A stretch of DNA of 64,000 nt from Minisyncoccota bacterium (GTDB lineage: Bacteria; Patescibacteriota; Minisyncoccia; Phycocordibacterales; JAQTLZ01): assembly GCA_028711065.1 (NCBI GenBank), contig JAQTSY010000004.1:34522-98521 (forward strand). Reading direction: 5' to 3'. The position numbers and the translations under genes were made by a program. The first letter of the stretch is position 1. Each line of letters starts with the position of its first letter. This document shows positions 44,995 through 54,667 of this stretch, in pieces. The notes under the pieces were generated by a model that was given only the letters and a program-made list of their open reading frames with translations, was not told the DNA's origin and ran no database searches.

Positions 44995-45723
44995 ATGGCT
45001 TTCGCTCCAAAAGTTATCTTTGAAGACAAAGATGTCTTGGTTTTAAACAAGCCTTCAGGGCTTGTTGTACATGCTGATGGGAAGACGAAAGAGACGACAG
45101 TTGCGGATTGGGTTTTGAAAAACTATCCGAAGATAAAAGAGGTAGGGGAGCCAACTGTACTTTCGACTGGCGAGACAATTTTGCGTCCTGGAATTGTCCA
45201 TCGCATTGACCGCGAGACTTCCGGAATTTTAGTTCTCGCCAAAAATCAAAAAGCATTTGAATTCTTGAAAAAGCAATTTCAGGACAGGACGATCGAGAAA
45301 ACCTATCTCGCATTCGTAAGCGGGGAATTGAAAAATAAAAAAGGTGTTATTGATAAGCCAATTGGCAGGAGCTCGACTGATTTCCGCCGATGGACGAGTG
45401 GAAAGGGAGCGCGGGGAACGCTTCGCGATGCAGTAACTGCCTACACAACACTTGAAACAGGGAAGGGATATTCGTATGTGGAAGTGAAACCGAAGACGGG
45501 TAGGACACATCAGATCCGCGTGCATTTCAAATTTATCCAGCATCCGATTCTCGGCGATTCGCTCTATGCGCCGAAGCTCGGCTACGCGCTCGGCTTCGGA
45601 CGCCTCGCGCTTCACGCGTTTCAAATAAAATTTATGCTTCCGAGCGGAAAAGAAATGTCCCTCGAAGCTCCGATACCTGCAGATTTCAAAAAGGCAGTTA
45701 AACTTTTATCTTCTAAAAAATAG
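44995..45723 (+). CDS. RluA family pseudouridine synthase
   Basis: NKP.G, HRIDRETSG, TGRTHQIRVH and LHA. Confidence 0.95.
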   Translation: MAFAPKVIFEDKDVLVLNKPSGLVVHADGKTKETTVADWVLKNYPKIKEVGEPTVLSTGETILRPGIVHRIDRETSGILVLAKNQKAFEFLKKQFQDRTIEKTYLAFVSGELKNKKGVIDKPIGRSSTDFRRWTSGKGARGTLRDAVTAYTTLETGKGYSYVEVKPKTGRTHQIRVHFKFIQHPILGDSLYAPKLGYALGFGRLALHAFQIKFMLPSGKEMSLEAPIPADFKKAVKLLSSKK

Positions 45724-45810
45724 CCGAGAATGAGCCTCAAAGTATTGACATATTAATATTATTATGTATTAATTATCTCGGTTCATCAGTCCAACGCGGA
45801 TTGGTGCTAA

Positions 45811-46407
45811 ATGTTCTCTCGTACAAGCCATTTTCCGTGGCAGGAGGATGTTGTGAGTAACACATGCGTTTTAACGCCGGAGGTGCACGCACTTCCTTGT
45901 TTGCACGATTTTGCAAGGGGGTGGGGATGGTGCAAACTTGGCGCAGTTTGCGAGATTGCACGAGAACTCTTTGGGCAAGTTGCGAAAGGACATCCGTATC
46001 CAGATGTTCGTGAAGAGTTCCTGAAGCTCCAGAGGGAAATCACACCGACGGATTTGGCAAAACGGTTCTGCGGACTTTCGCAATTCGAGTATGCGGAGCC
46101 GATGCAATCAACAGGCGGAACAGTTACCCGTTCGGGGTTTGTCCAAAAGTTCCATGTCCACACTGGCGGTGGTCACCTGATGTTCGATGCCGATGGCCAT
46201 TACCCTGAATTTCCTGCTGAGATTCCGGATTTGCAACCCGATTGGTATGTGCCATCGGACTGGGCAGAAGATGTCGTCAGGGCAATTAAAGAAGAGGCGA
46301 GCTCTGGGGCCTGGCAGGGCGGTGGCATGCACCCTCATTACATTGGCAGGAACGTGCTCTGTTGTTGCTTTTCGCTCTGGGATAGAGAGCGGTGCAAGGT
46401 TGAATAA
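45811..46407 (+). CDS. hypothetical protein (start uncertain, possibly after the AGGAGG at 45842)
   Basis: 198-aa ORF between a TTGACA promoter at 45745 and a terminator hairpin at 46431-46474. Confidence 0.6.
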   Translation: MFSRTSHFPWQEDVVSNTCVLTPEVHALPCLHDFARGWGWCKLGAVCEIARELFGQVAKGHPYPDVREEFLKLQREITPTDLAKRFCGLSQFEYAEPMQSTGGTVTRSGFVQKFHVHTGGGHLMFDADGHYPEFPAEIPDLQPDWYVPSDWAEDVVRAIKEEASSGAWQGGGMHPHYIGRNVLCCCFSLWDRERCKVE

Positions 46408-46537
46408 GTAGCGGCATGGGATGTGGCGAAAGCGACACATCTCGTGCCGCTTTTGCTTTTATCTTGTTTTAGTTGCGGATTTAGGCTCCCTGTGTTAGAT
46501 TGGTATGCGTTCACATTTTGGAAAAACCTCTAAAAAT

Positions 46538-47050
46538 ATGACCATTCATTCCCCGATAAACGTTGAAGAAAGAAAGAATCTCGACATTCGCCCAGGCGAT
46601 ACTATTCGCGTTTGGCAGAAAATTACCGAACGATACAAGGAAAAAGATAAGATCAAAGAAAAGAAACGACTTCAGGCTTTTGAAGGACTTGTGCTTGCTC
46701 GAAAACACGGAACGGAAGCTGGCGGGACATTCATTGTCCGACGAGTTGCGAGCGGGGTAGGGGTGGAGCGAATTTTCCCTTTGTATTCTCCAACGATCGA
46801 TAAGATTGAAATGATTCGCCGAGCAAAGGTGCGACAGGCAAAGCTCTACCATATTCGAGACAAGGCAGCGAAAGAGATTAGCCGAGAGATGCGACGAACA
46901 ATCACGCTCACTCGAGCTGAGACTGAAGCAAAGGTAAAGGCGAAGGAGGCGGCAGAGGCCGAAAAAGCCGATGCTGCGAAGATAAAGGCAAAGGAGATGG
47001 CGATAAAAAGCGAAGCAAAAGAAGAGAAAAAAGAGGAAGTAAAAGCATAA
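46538..47050 (+). CDS. rplS: 50S ribosomal protein L19 with Ala/Glu/Lys tail
   Basis: [21 protein letters not shown] and VR.AKLY..R. Confidence 0.96.
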   Translation: MTIHSPINVEERKNLDIRPGDTIRVWQKITERYKEKDKIKEKKRLQAFEGLVLARKHGTEAGGTFIVRRVASGVGVERIFPLYSPTIDKIEMIRRAKVRQAKLYHIRDKAAKEISREMRRTITLTRAETEAKVKAKEAAEAEKADAAKIKAKEMAIKSEAKEEKKEEVKA

Positions 47051-47135
47051 TCAAAGGAAAAAAGACCGAAAGGTCTTTTTTCCTTTCTGTGGTTGAAAAT
47101 TGTCGGCAACTCGTACATAATAGGCGGGTGTTAAC

Positions 47136-47217
47136 GCCCGGGTGGGGAAATTGGTAGACCTACTCCCTTGAGGTGGGAGCGCCGTAAGGCATGCAAGTTC
47201 GAGTCTTGTCCCGGGCA
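47136..47217 (+). tRNA. tRNA-Leu(GAG)
   Basis: GCCCGGGTGGGGAAATTGGTAGAC CTCCC TT-GAG-GT GGGAG, variable arm, GTTCGAGTC...CCCGGGCA. Confidence 0.94.
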
Positions 47218-47270
47218 CAAAAAGAACGCCGAAAGGCGTTTTTCTTAATTTGTGCTAAAATAGCAGTACT

Positions 47271-48629
47271 ATGAAAAAATACCTTTTCCTCGCATTTCTC
47301 GCTTTTTTCGTCTTTATTTCAGTTGCAAAAGCGGAAAGTTACAATTTTGAAACCAATCTCACCATTGGCTCATCAGGCGCGGATGTGGTGGCCCTCCAAA
47401 CATTTCTCGAAACTCATTCCTATCTCGTGATGCCCGAAGGCGTCCCAAAAGGATACTTTGGATTGCTTACGCAGATGGCGGTTGCAAAATACCAAACTGC
47501 AAAAGGAATTACCCCTGCTGTCGGGTACGTTGGTCCCGTCACTCGAGCGCAGATAACTGCTGATTCGCAAGTGAATCAGTCAAGCATCACGGTTACTTCG
47601 CCGAACGGGGGAGAAAATTGGCAAATTGGAATCAATCGTGCAATTACATGGACCACGCCGACAGTAACCTATGTTGATATTAAACTTATTCCATATCAGC
47701 CTCCTTGTACTACCGAAGTCTGTCCGATGATAGTGACGGCGCATTCTATACGTGCTCCCTTTGTTATCGCGAATCACGTGAGCCTCGATACCCATTCTTA
47801 CACTTGGCGAGCGGGAGATTATAGAGACGAAGCTGCGGATATTCCGAATGCCGGCGCGAGCGCTCCAATCTATCCGGGCCAATACCAAATTCAAATCTGC
47901 GAATCCGATACCAATAATTGCGACTCAAGCGATGCGCCGTTCACGCTTTCCTCAAACGACAAATCTCCGGTGGTAAATGGCATTGATGCACCGACAAAAC
48001 TTTCAATCAACGAAAAAGGAGTATGGACGATTCGCGCATCGGATCCTTCGGAGGGAACACTGAGTTATTTTGCGCATTGGGGAGATGAGCCAGTCTATAT
48101 GACGCCGGCAGGAGAAGCTTCTTCAACGACTGCAACTCAAGCGATACCACAATTTGTGCAGAGCTCCTCATTCCCGCATTCGTATGACAGAGCTGGGACT
48201 TACACAATTACATTCACGATAGAAAATAGTTCGGGACTTATGACGCAGGCCAATACCACAGTCGTCGTTACTGATCCATCCGCGCCACTTATCACTGTGA
48301 CGGCGCCAAATGGGGGAGAGAATTGGAAGATAAATGCCACCCGAGCGATAACGTGGAGAGACAGTAACTATAATTCCAGCGCAAAAATTGATTTGTATTT
48401 AGGTAAACAATTGCCGGTCGTCTGTATAAAAGCTCCGTGCGGGCCGTTCTTCGAGCAGTCTACCTATGTGCTAGATAAAAATATTCCAAATACCGGCGTC
48501 TATAATTGGATTGTGGGAACTGACATTGTCAATAATCCCATTCCGCCAGGCAGTTACGGCCTCCGCATTTGCGTAAGTGGAACTGATAATTGCGACTTGA
48601 GCGATGAGCCGTTTACTCTCGTCCAATAA
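47271..48629 (+). CDS. secreted surface protein: peptidoglycan-binding domain plus Ig-like/PKD repeats
   Basis: Signal peptide, L.IGS.G.DV.ALQ.FL...GYFG.LT..AV..YQ, two ITVT.PNGGENW repeats, and a PKD-like WGD...H.Y..AGTY. Confidence 0.85.
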   Translation: MKKYLFLAFLAFFVFISVAKAESYNFETNLTIGSSGADVVALQTFLETHSYLVMPEGVPKGYFGLLTQMAVAKYQTAKGITPAVGYVGPVTRAQITADSQVNQSSITVTSPNGGENWQIGINRAITWTTPTVTYVDIKLIPYQPPCTTEVCPMIVTAHSIRAPFVIANHVSLDTHSYTWRAGDYRDEAADIPNAGASAPIYPGQYQIQICESDTNNCDSSDAPFTLSSNDKSPVVNGIDAPTKLSINEKGVWTIRASDPSEGTLSYFAHWGDEPVYMTPAGEASSTTATQAIPQFVQSSSFPHSYDRAGTYTITFTIENSSGLMTQANTTVVVTDPSAPLITVTAPNGGENWKINATRAITWRDSNYNSSAKIDLYLGKQLPVVCIKAPCGPFFEQSTYVLDKNIPNTGVYNWIVGTDIVNNPIPPGSYGLRICVSGTDNCDLSDEPFTLVQ

Positions 48630-48688
48630 TTTTTCTCCTCTCTCTTTTGTAAATTTTTCCAATTTCAGATAAGCTGGAGGAGTTTCAT

Positions 48689-48760
48689 GGTGTCTATGGT
48701 GTAGCGGTAGCACGACTCCCTGTGGAGGAGTAAGTTCGGGTTCGACCCCCGATTGACACC
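48689..48760 (+). tRNA. tRNA-His(GTG)
   Basis: G-1 GTGTCTA..., ACTCC CT-GTG-GA GGAGT, GGTTCGACCC, C73. Confidence 0.92.
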
Positions 48761-48861
48761 CACGAAAAAAGACCGCAAAAGCGGTTTTTTTCCCCATAAA
48801 ACCCCTGTGGAAAACCAATTTTATATTTGTTTTTGGCGGATTTTTAGGCGCGCATATTTCT

Positions 48862-48890
48862 TTGACTTACTGCAAGCATAGGCATACAAT
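48862..48890 (+). promoter_or_regulatory. sigma70-type promoter
   Basis: TTGACT, 17 nt, TACAAT. Confidence 0.7.
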
Positions 48891-48960
48891 TTTTTTGGGC
48901 GTCCTTGAACAACTGTGTTTAGGGACATAGCGGGGGTAGTTCGAGAAGGAGGGTTCGGCG

Positions 48961-49467
48961 ATGGACAACGGGAGGGCAGGGATTCTGGCAGAGAGAGCTA
49001 AAAGGCTTCTGGAAGGAAGTGGAAGCCGAGTAAGCTTTGTCGAAAGCCAGGGGGCGAATATGAGGATTTTTCGCTTCATTAACGTGCAGGCGAAGTGGGT
49101 GATTGTTGGGATTCACTTCGTGGGCGACCAAATCATCGAGGAGTTGATCGTGGTGAAAGATGGATTCGATCGCTCCCGTGGAGACAATTGCTTGGGGGAT
49201 CGGCTTCTGGCGGCGCGCGAAGTAACAAGCGGCGGCCTCGTCGACCTTTCCTCACTCGTGAAGGTGCCAAAGGCTCTGCGCTACAGGAAGGCGCTTGAGC
49301 TGTTGAACAAGGTCGCCAGGATGATCCACAATTTTCCGCATCTTCTAGCGGGGTGCTTGCGAAAGAACCCGCTCCGGTATGAGTCTGCGGATAATTGCGT
49401 AGCGCGCAAGAGGCGCCACCGTCGGCATGTTGGTCGCATCACCTCGCCGGCTTACGCCACCTGCTAA
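48961..49467 (+). CDS. hypothetical protein
   Basis: AAGGAGG SD and an upstream promoter; 168 aa, GC-rich. Confidence 0.7.
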   Translation: MDNGRAGILAERAKRLLEGSGSRVSFVESQGANMRIFRFINVQAKWVIVGIHFVGDQIIEELIVVKDGFDRSRGDNCLGDRLLAAREVTSGGLVDLSSLVKVPKALRYRKALELLNKVARMIHNFPHLLAGCLRKNPLRYESADNCVARKRRHRRHVGRITSPAYATC

Positions 49468-49598
49468 ATCGGCGTGTCGGACTGAATTTCGTTTTTTCCG
49501 GTCAATTGGAGGGAATAGCTTTGTTTCAGTTTCCCACGGCGGTCCGCAAGGATTGTCCGTGGGTTTTTATTTTGTTTCGGCTATACTTATTTGCATAT

Positions 49599-50681
49599 AT
49601 GTATCTTCACAGGATTACCCACATTCTCGAAAAATATGAACGCCATATCTCATCGGGGATGCTTGTATTTGGATTTATTTTTGATTCTCTGACTCTTACG
49701 CGAATCGATCGCTCTCGCGACCACATAATTCTCGGAACATACCTTCTCGTCTCCCTTCTCTGTATTTTTTTCGTAAATTTGTTTGAAATCCGTCGGGAGA
49801 GGGGAGGTTTTTTGGAAAAAGCTCAGCCGTGGCTTTTATTCGCAATCCAGTTTTCTTTCGGAGGCCTTTTCAGTAATTTCGTCGTCTTGTACGCCAGAAG
49901 TTCGTCATTTTTAGCCAGCTGGCCATTTCTCGTGCTTCTTCTCGGTCTTCTCATCGGGAATGAATTTTTCAAAAAGCATTATGCTCGTTTTACATTTCAT
50001 ATGAGCATTTTCTTCATCGCTCTTTTCTCATTTCTTATATTTTTCATTCCTGTCGTTTTGCGGGAGATGAGTGGAAGCATTTTCTTTTTGAGCGGCCTTA
50101 CCACCCTCATTCTTTTTTCTCTCGTTATGTACGGCCTTTCGAAATTTTTCCCCGAACGCATTGCGGAGAGCAAACGTGCGCTTGTCTTTAGCATCGGTAT
50201 CATTTTTATCCTGGTTAACGTTCTATATGTAACGAACATCATTCCGCCCATCCCGCTTTCTCTGAAAGATATCGGCGTTTTTCATTCTATTTACAAAAAA
50301 AGCAGTACCGAATTTATTGTGCTCGCTGAAGAACAAAAAGGATACGCGTTTTTACGCTCTTACGATACCGTCAGCCTGAAGGAGGGCGAACCGGCGTATG
50401 TGTTGTCCGCAGTTTTTGCTCCGACCGGATTGTCAGTGAATGTTGTGCATAATTGGCAATATTATGATGAAAAAGCGGGGTGGATCTCTATGGCGAAAAT
50501 TCCTCTCACTATTATCGGCGGGCGGGAGGGCGGATATCGAGTCTATTCGAAAAAGGAAAATGTTGCTTCTGGGCTATGGAGAGTGAGTGTGGAAACAGAG
50601 CGCGGGCAAGTGATCGGAAGCCTGAAATTCTTGGTAGAAAGAGTAAAGGACAGTCCTGCGCTGGAATCTTCTCTGCGCTAA
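49599..50681 (+). CDS. multi-pass membrane protein with DUF2914-like C-terminal domain
   Basis: Seven TMs, IPP.PL, SAVFAP, GGR.GGYR.YS.K and G.WRV.VET. Confidence 0.8.
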   Translation: MYLHRITHILEKYERHISSGMLVFGFIFDSLTLTRIDRSRDHIILGTYLLVSLLCIFFVNLFEIRRERGGFLEKAQPWLLFAIQFSFGGLFSNFVVLYARSSSFLASWPFLVLLLGLLIGNEFFKKHYARFTFHMSIFFIALFSFLIFFIPVVLREMSGSIFFLSGLTTLILFSLVMYGLSKFFPERIAESKRALVFSIGIIFILVNVLYVTNIIPPIPLSLKDIGVFHSIYKKSSTEFIVLAEEQKGYAFLRSYDTVSLKEGEPAYVLSAVFAPTGLSVNVVHNWQYYDEKAGWISMAKIPLTIIGGREGGYRVYSKKENVASGLWRVSVETERGQVIGSLKFLVERVKDSPALESSLR

Positions 50682-50698
50682 TTTAGGATTTTCTCTTT

Positions 50699-51886
50699 TT
50701 GCTTGGTATACTTTCTTTTGTGAAAGATCTCATACGCATTCTCAAATCGCTCATCTCGAAAAGAAATATTGCTGGAATGTGCGGATTGTTCGCTCTCGGG
50801 CTGTTTTTTTTCAGTTTCAACCCATTTCATTTTCCGACGGCGCCCAAGAAAGAAGTTGATATTGAAAAAGAAAACCCCATTACTCTCACAAAAGTAATGA
50901 GATCTGCAGAATCCGCTAAAAAAGAGAAATATCTTGTTTCAGCCTCCACTCCGCAGTTTGTCCTTCTCTCTTTTGACGGCTCAAAATCAGTGGATATGCT
51001 GAACGAAATACTGGCCTTTAAGCAAAGATTGAAAGATGAAGGGAAGTCGGTTCATTTCACCTACTTTATTAACGCGGCGTATTTTTTAGGCCAGGGGAGC
51101 GCATATCTCTATCAAGCGCCTGGGGAGCCTCCTGGCAAATCAATGATTGGTTTTTCGGATTATGTGAAAGACATCCCTCTGCGGGTTGAAGGGTTTAATA
51201 AAGCTCTCGAAATGGGAGATGAAGTTGGTTCGCATCTTGCGGGGCATTTCGATGGCACGAATTGGTCAGAGGCAGACTGGAAGCAGGAATTCAATTCTTT
51301 TAATCTGCTTCTTATGAACGTACAGAAAAATAATCCCGCTGTTACGATACCGAAACCGAATTTTGGGCCAGATACCATCGTCGGGCTTCGAGCGCCTGAT
51401 TTGGGGGTGAACAGATCGCTTTATAAAGTGCTGCACGATTACCATTTTCTCTATGATGCGAGCGGGGCGGCGTCCCTTTCGTCTCGGGATAATTGGCCAA
51501 AAAAAGATGTCTACGGGACATGGCTTGTCCCGCTCGGCCGTGTCTCTCTCGGGAAGAGTCACATCTCGACGATTTCTATGGATTATAATTTATGGATGAT
51601 GCAATCTAATGTGCAAGAAGAAGCGGTGAAGGGGACAGCTCTCTGGCAGAAATATTATGACGATGCGGTCGCGGCCTATATGGATTATTTCAATTCGAAT
51701 TTCAATGAGAATCGCGCGCCTATTGTAATCGGGCACCATTTCAATAAATGGAACGACGGAGTCTATTGGGAAGCAATGAAAACATTTGCGGAAAATGTCT
51801 GCGGACGGGAGGATGTTCGCTGTGTCACCTTTAAGGAACTTGTTGGCTATTTGAATACTGAAGGAGTTCCGCCATTAATAAAATGA
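50699..51886 (+). CDS. polysaccharide deacetylase family protein
   Basis: PQFVLLSFDG, HFTYF, EVGSH..GH, G.RAP.L, YDAS and RAP..IG.HF. Confidence 0.85.
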   Translation: MLGILSFVKDLIRILKSLISKRNIAGMCGLFALGLFFFSFNPFHFPTAPKKEVDIEKENPITLTKVMRSAESAKKEKYLVSASTPQFVLLSFDGSKSVDMLNEILAFKQRLKDEGKSVHFTYFINAAYFLGQGSAYLYQAPGEPPGKSMIGFSDYVKDIPLRVEGFNKALEMGDEVGSHLAGHFDGTNWSEADWKQEFNSFNLLLMNVQKNNPAVTIPKPNFGPDTIVGLRAPDLGVNRSLYKVLHDYHFLYDASGAASLSSRDNWPKKDVYGTWLVPLGRVSLGKSHISTISMDYNLWMMQSNVQEEAVKGTALWQKYYDDAVAAYMDYFNSNFNENRAPIVIGHHFNKWNDGVYWEAMKTFAENVCGREDVRCVTFKELVGYLNTEGVPPLIK

Positions 51887-53514
51887 CCCAAAATGAAGCT
51901 CTAAAAATCCTTAAAACTGGAGCGAATATTTTTCTCACAGGAGAGCCAGGGAGCGGAAAGACGCATACTATAAATGAATACACGCGCTATCTGCGTCAGT
52001 GTGGCATCGAACCTGCTATTACCGCTTCGACAGGCATTGCTGCTACGCATATCGGAGGAATGACTATTCATTCTTGGAGCGGGATTGGGATTCGGAAATT
52101 TCTGAATGAATATGATTTGGATAAAATTGCGACCAGTGAATATGTCACAAAGCGCGTCCGGAAAGCGAAAGTGCTCGTCATAGATGAAGTTTCAATGCTT
52201 TCTCCCGAGACTTTGTCGATGGTGGATGTGGTCTGCAGGGAAGTGAAAGGGAATACAGATGCATTCGGAGGGATGCAGGTGATTTTTGTCGGGGATTTTT
52301 TCCAGCTTCCGCCGGTTGTGAAAGCGGATATTGAATCTGAAAGCCAGTTATTTGAAGAAGAAGCTCCTCCTCGCTTTGCATACGGTTCTCCTTCTTGGAG
52401 AAATGCGAAAGTCCTGACTTGTTATTTGTCCGAGCAATATCGCCAGGACGATTCTGATTTCTTGTCTTTGCTTTCTGCAATCCGGCAAAATACTTTCGGT
52501 GATGCGCACAAAGAACATCTTGAAGCGAGAAAGATAGGAGAGAAGAAAATTTCAAAGGACGTTCCTCGGCTTTTTTCTCATAACGCGAACGTTGATCTTT
52601 TGAATGATCAGATGCTCGGTGCACTTTCTGAAGAACCGCGTGTGTACCTTATGACCTCAAGCGGAAAGCCATTTCTTGTTGAAGCTTTGAAAAAGGGATG
52701 TCTCTCTCCAGAAAAACTTTCGCTTAAGATTGGCGCGTCGGTGATGTTTACTAAAAATAATCCGAAAGAGGGATTTGTGAATGGAACGCTCGGCACAGTT
52801 TCCGGTTTTGAGTCAAGTTCAAATTTTCCAATCGTCGCTTTGCGAAACGGAAAAAAAATCGTGGTAACTCCGCTTGAATGGTCAGTCGAAGAGAATGGAA
52901 AAGTCCGAGCACAAATTTCACAACTTCCGCTTCGCCTTGCATGGGCGATTACGGTGCATAAAAGCCAGGGGATGAGCCTTGATGAGGCAGTGATGGATCT
53001 TTCGCAGGTATTTGAATATGGTCAGGGATATGTCGCACTTTCTCGCGTACGACGCCTTTCTGGGCTTCATCTCCTCGGTTGGAACGCGAAAACTTTTCAG
53101 GTTCATCCGGAAGTGCTCTCAAAAGATGAATCATTTCGGATCGCATCGGATGAAGCGGCAGAAATTTTCGGGAAAATTTCTGCCGCCGAGCTCGACAAAA
53201 TGCACGATAATTTCGTGAAAGTGTCGGGAGGGAATAGGCGAAAGCCAAAAATCGGCGTGTCCGATGTGAAAGGCGAAAAGAAAACGCTTGAAAAAATGAG
53301 AGAAAAGCATCCGAATGCGTATCGCAAATGGGATGACGGACAAGACCAAAAACTCAAAGATTTATTTGCAGAAAAGAAATCCATTCCTGACCTTATGAAA
53401 ATTCTTGGGAGGAAAAAAGGGGCAATTCAAATGCGTCTATTAAAATTCGGACTCATCGAGGATGATGGTTTTTCTTTGGCCTTCCAGAAGAAAAAAGAAA
53501 AAAAGAATGGATAG
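51883..53514 (+). CDS. PIF1-like DNA helicase
   Basis: TGEPGSGKT, ASTGIAA, IDEVSM, GDFFQLPPV, AITVHKSQG and YVALSR. Confidence 0.93.
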   Translation: MTQNEALKILKTGANIFLTGEPGSGKTHTINEYTRYLRQCGIEPAITASTGIAATHIGGMTIHSWSGIGIRKFLNEYDLDKIATSEYVTKRVRKAKVLVIDEVSMLSPETLSMVDVVCREVKGNTDAFGGMQVIFVGDFFQLPPVVKADIESESQLFEEEAPPRFAYGSPSWRNAKVLTCYLSEQYRQDDSDFLSLLSAIRQNTFGDAHKEHLEARKIGEKKISKDVPRLFSHNANVDLLNDQMLGALSEEPRVYLMTSSGKPFLVEALKKGCLSPEKLSLKIGASVMFTKNNPKEGFVNGTLGTVSGFESSSNFPIVALRNGKKIVVTPLEWSVEENGKVRAQISQLPLRLAWAITVHKSQGMSLDEAVMDLSQVFEYGQGYVALSRVRRLSGLHLLGWNAKTFQVHPEVLSKDESFRIASDEAAEIFGKISAAELDKMHDNFVKVSGGNRRKPKIGVSDVKGEKKTLEKMREKHPNAYRKWDDGQDQKLKDLFAEKKSIPDLMKILGRKKGAIQMRLLKFGLIEDDGFSLAFQKKKEKKNG

Positions 53515-54565
53515 AGCGCTTATTCAAAGATTGGAACGAGCGGTTGCCGAGAAAGTATTTCCGGGATGTGTCTTGGGAATTGTTTCCCGTGACGGCAAAA
53601 GGAGCATTTTTCCAGTTGGGAATTTTACTTATGAAAAAGATTCTCTGAAAGTTACGGAAAACACGATATACGATCTGGCTTCAATTACGAAATCGATTCC
53701 AACTTCCTGCGTTCTTTTGAAACTTCTTGAAGAAGGGAAAGTAGATATCGACGATAAAGTTTCGGACTTCATTCCCGAATTTGGAAATTTTCCTGAAAAA
53801 AAAGAAGTTACAATCAAAAATCTTCTCACCTATACATTGGAGCTTCAAGTTCCTGGACTTTCGTCGCTTAAAGACAAAACTCCGGACGAAATTGTTGCTC
53901 AAGTTGTGAGCGCTCATCTCAAATCTCGACCTGGTTCAAGATTTTTCTACAACAACGCAACTGCGCTTCTCATTGGCCTTGTCATTCAGAAAATTATAAA
54001 AGAACCGCTCGATGTGTACGCTGAAAGGGAATTTTTCGCGCCACTTGGTATGAATCGAACAACCTTCCATCCGGAGCGATTTCCGAAAACGGAAATCGCT
54101 CCGACGGAGGATGATCTTTGGCGCGGAAGAATCATTCAAGGTGAAGTCCATGATGAAAGTACATTCACTCTCCAGAAAAAATATTTCTTTGGTATCGCGG
54201 GGACTTTTTCAACAGTTCCCGATCTTCTCAATTTTCAAGAGATGCTTTTGACTGGGGGAGTAAAGAATGAAAAAAGATATTTTTCCGAAAGTATCATTGA
54301 AAAAATGCATACTAATATGATGTCGGAAGCTAAGGCCGAGCCAGTGGGTCTCGGCTGGAATATTTACAATCCCTTATATATGGGAACAAAAGTAAGTAAG
54401 GAAGTTTTTGGCAAAACCGGTTTTACCGGCACTCTTGTCCTTACTGATCCATTGAAAGGTATCGGATTTACGCTTCTTTCAAATAGAACATTTCCCAAAC
54501 GTCCAAAAGATTCAAATCTCATCAACGCCGTGAGAGGTGATATTGCAGACATCATTTTTTCGTAA
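53507..54565 (+). CDS. serine hydrolase, beta-lactamase family
   Basis: DLASITK (SxxK), Y.N, G.VHDE and GKTGFTG. Confidence 0.9.
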   Translation: MDRALIQRLERAVAEKVFPGCVLGIVSRDGKRSIFPVGNFTYEKDSLKVTENTIYDLASITKSIPTSCVLLKLLEEGKVDIDDKVSDFIPEFGNFPEKKEVTIKNLLTYTLELQVPGLSSLKDKTPDEIVAQVVSAHLKSRPGSRFFYNNATALLIGLVIQKIIKEPLDVYAEREFFAPLGMNRTTFHPERFPKTEIAPTEDDLWRGRIIQGEVHDESTFTLQKKYFFGIAGTFSTVPDLLNFQEMLLTGGVKNEKRYFSESIIEKMHTNMMSEAKAEPVGLGWNIYNPLYMGTKVSKEVFGKTGFTGTLVLTDPLKGIGFTLLSNRTFPKRPKDSNLINAVRGDIADIIFS

Positions 54566-54667
54566 AAAAATCGGCTGAAACTAAACTAGTATCTGGTCGT
54601 GTTATACTAAGAGTCGCTCTGTCCTTTTTGCTGTTTGGCCTAGGAATCTCTCTTGAAAGGAGGGGTT

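Noticed and set aside
47125-47140. Leader CGGGTGTT able to pair with the 5' end of tRNA-Leu
   Set aside because: Short and dependent on G-U pairs; could be chance, although it echoes the tRNA-pairing theme.
53507-54565. Antibiotic-resistance beta-lactamase
   Set aside because: The motifs fit the broad serine-hydrolase family (AmiE-like, no signal peptide); resistance is not supported.
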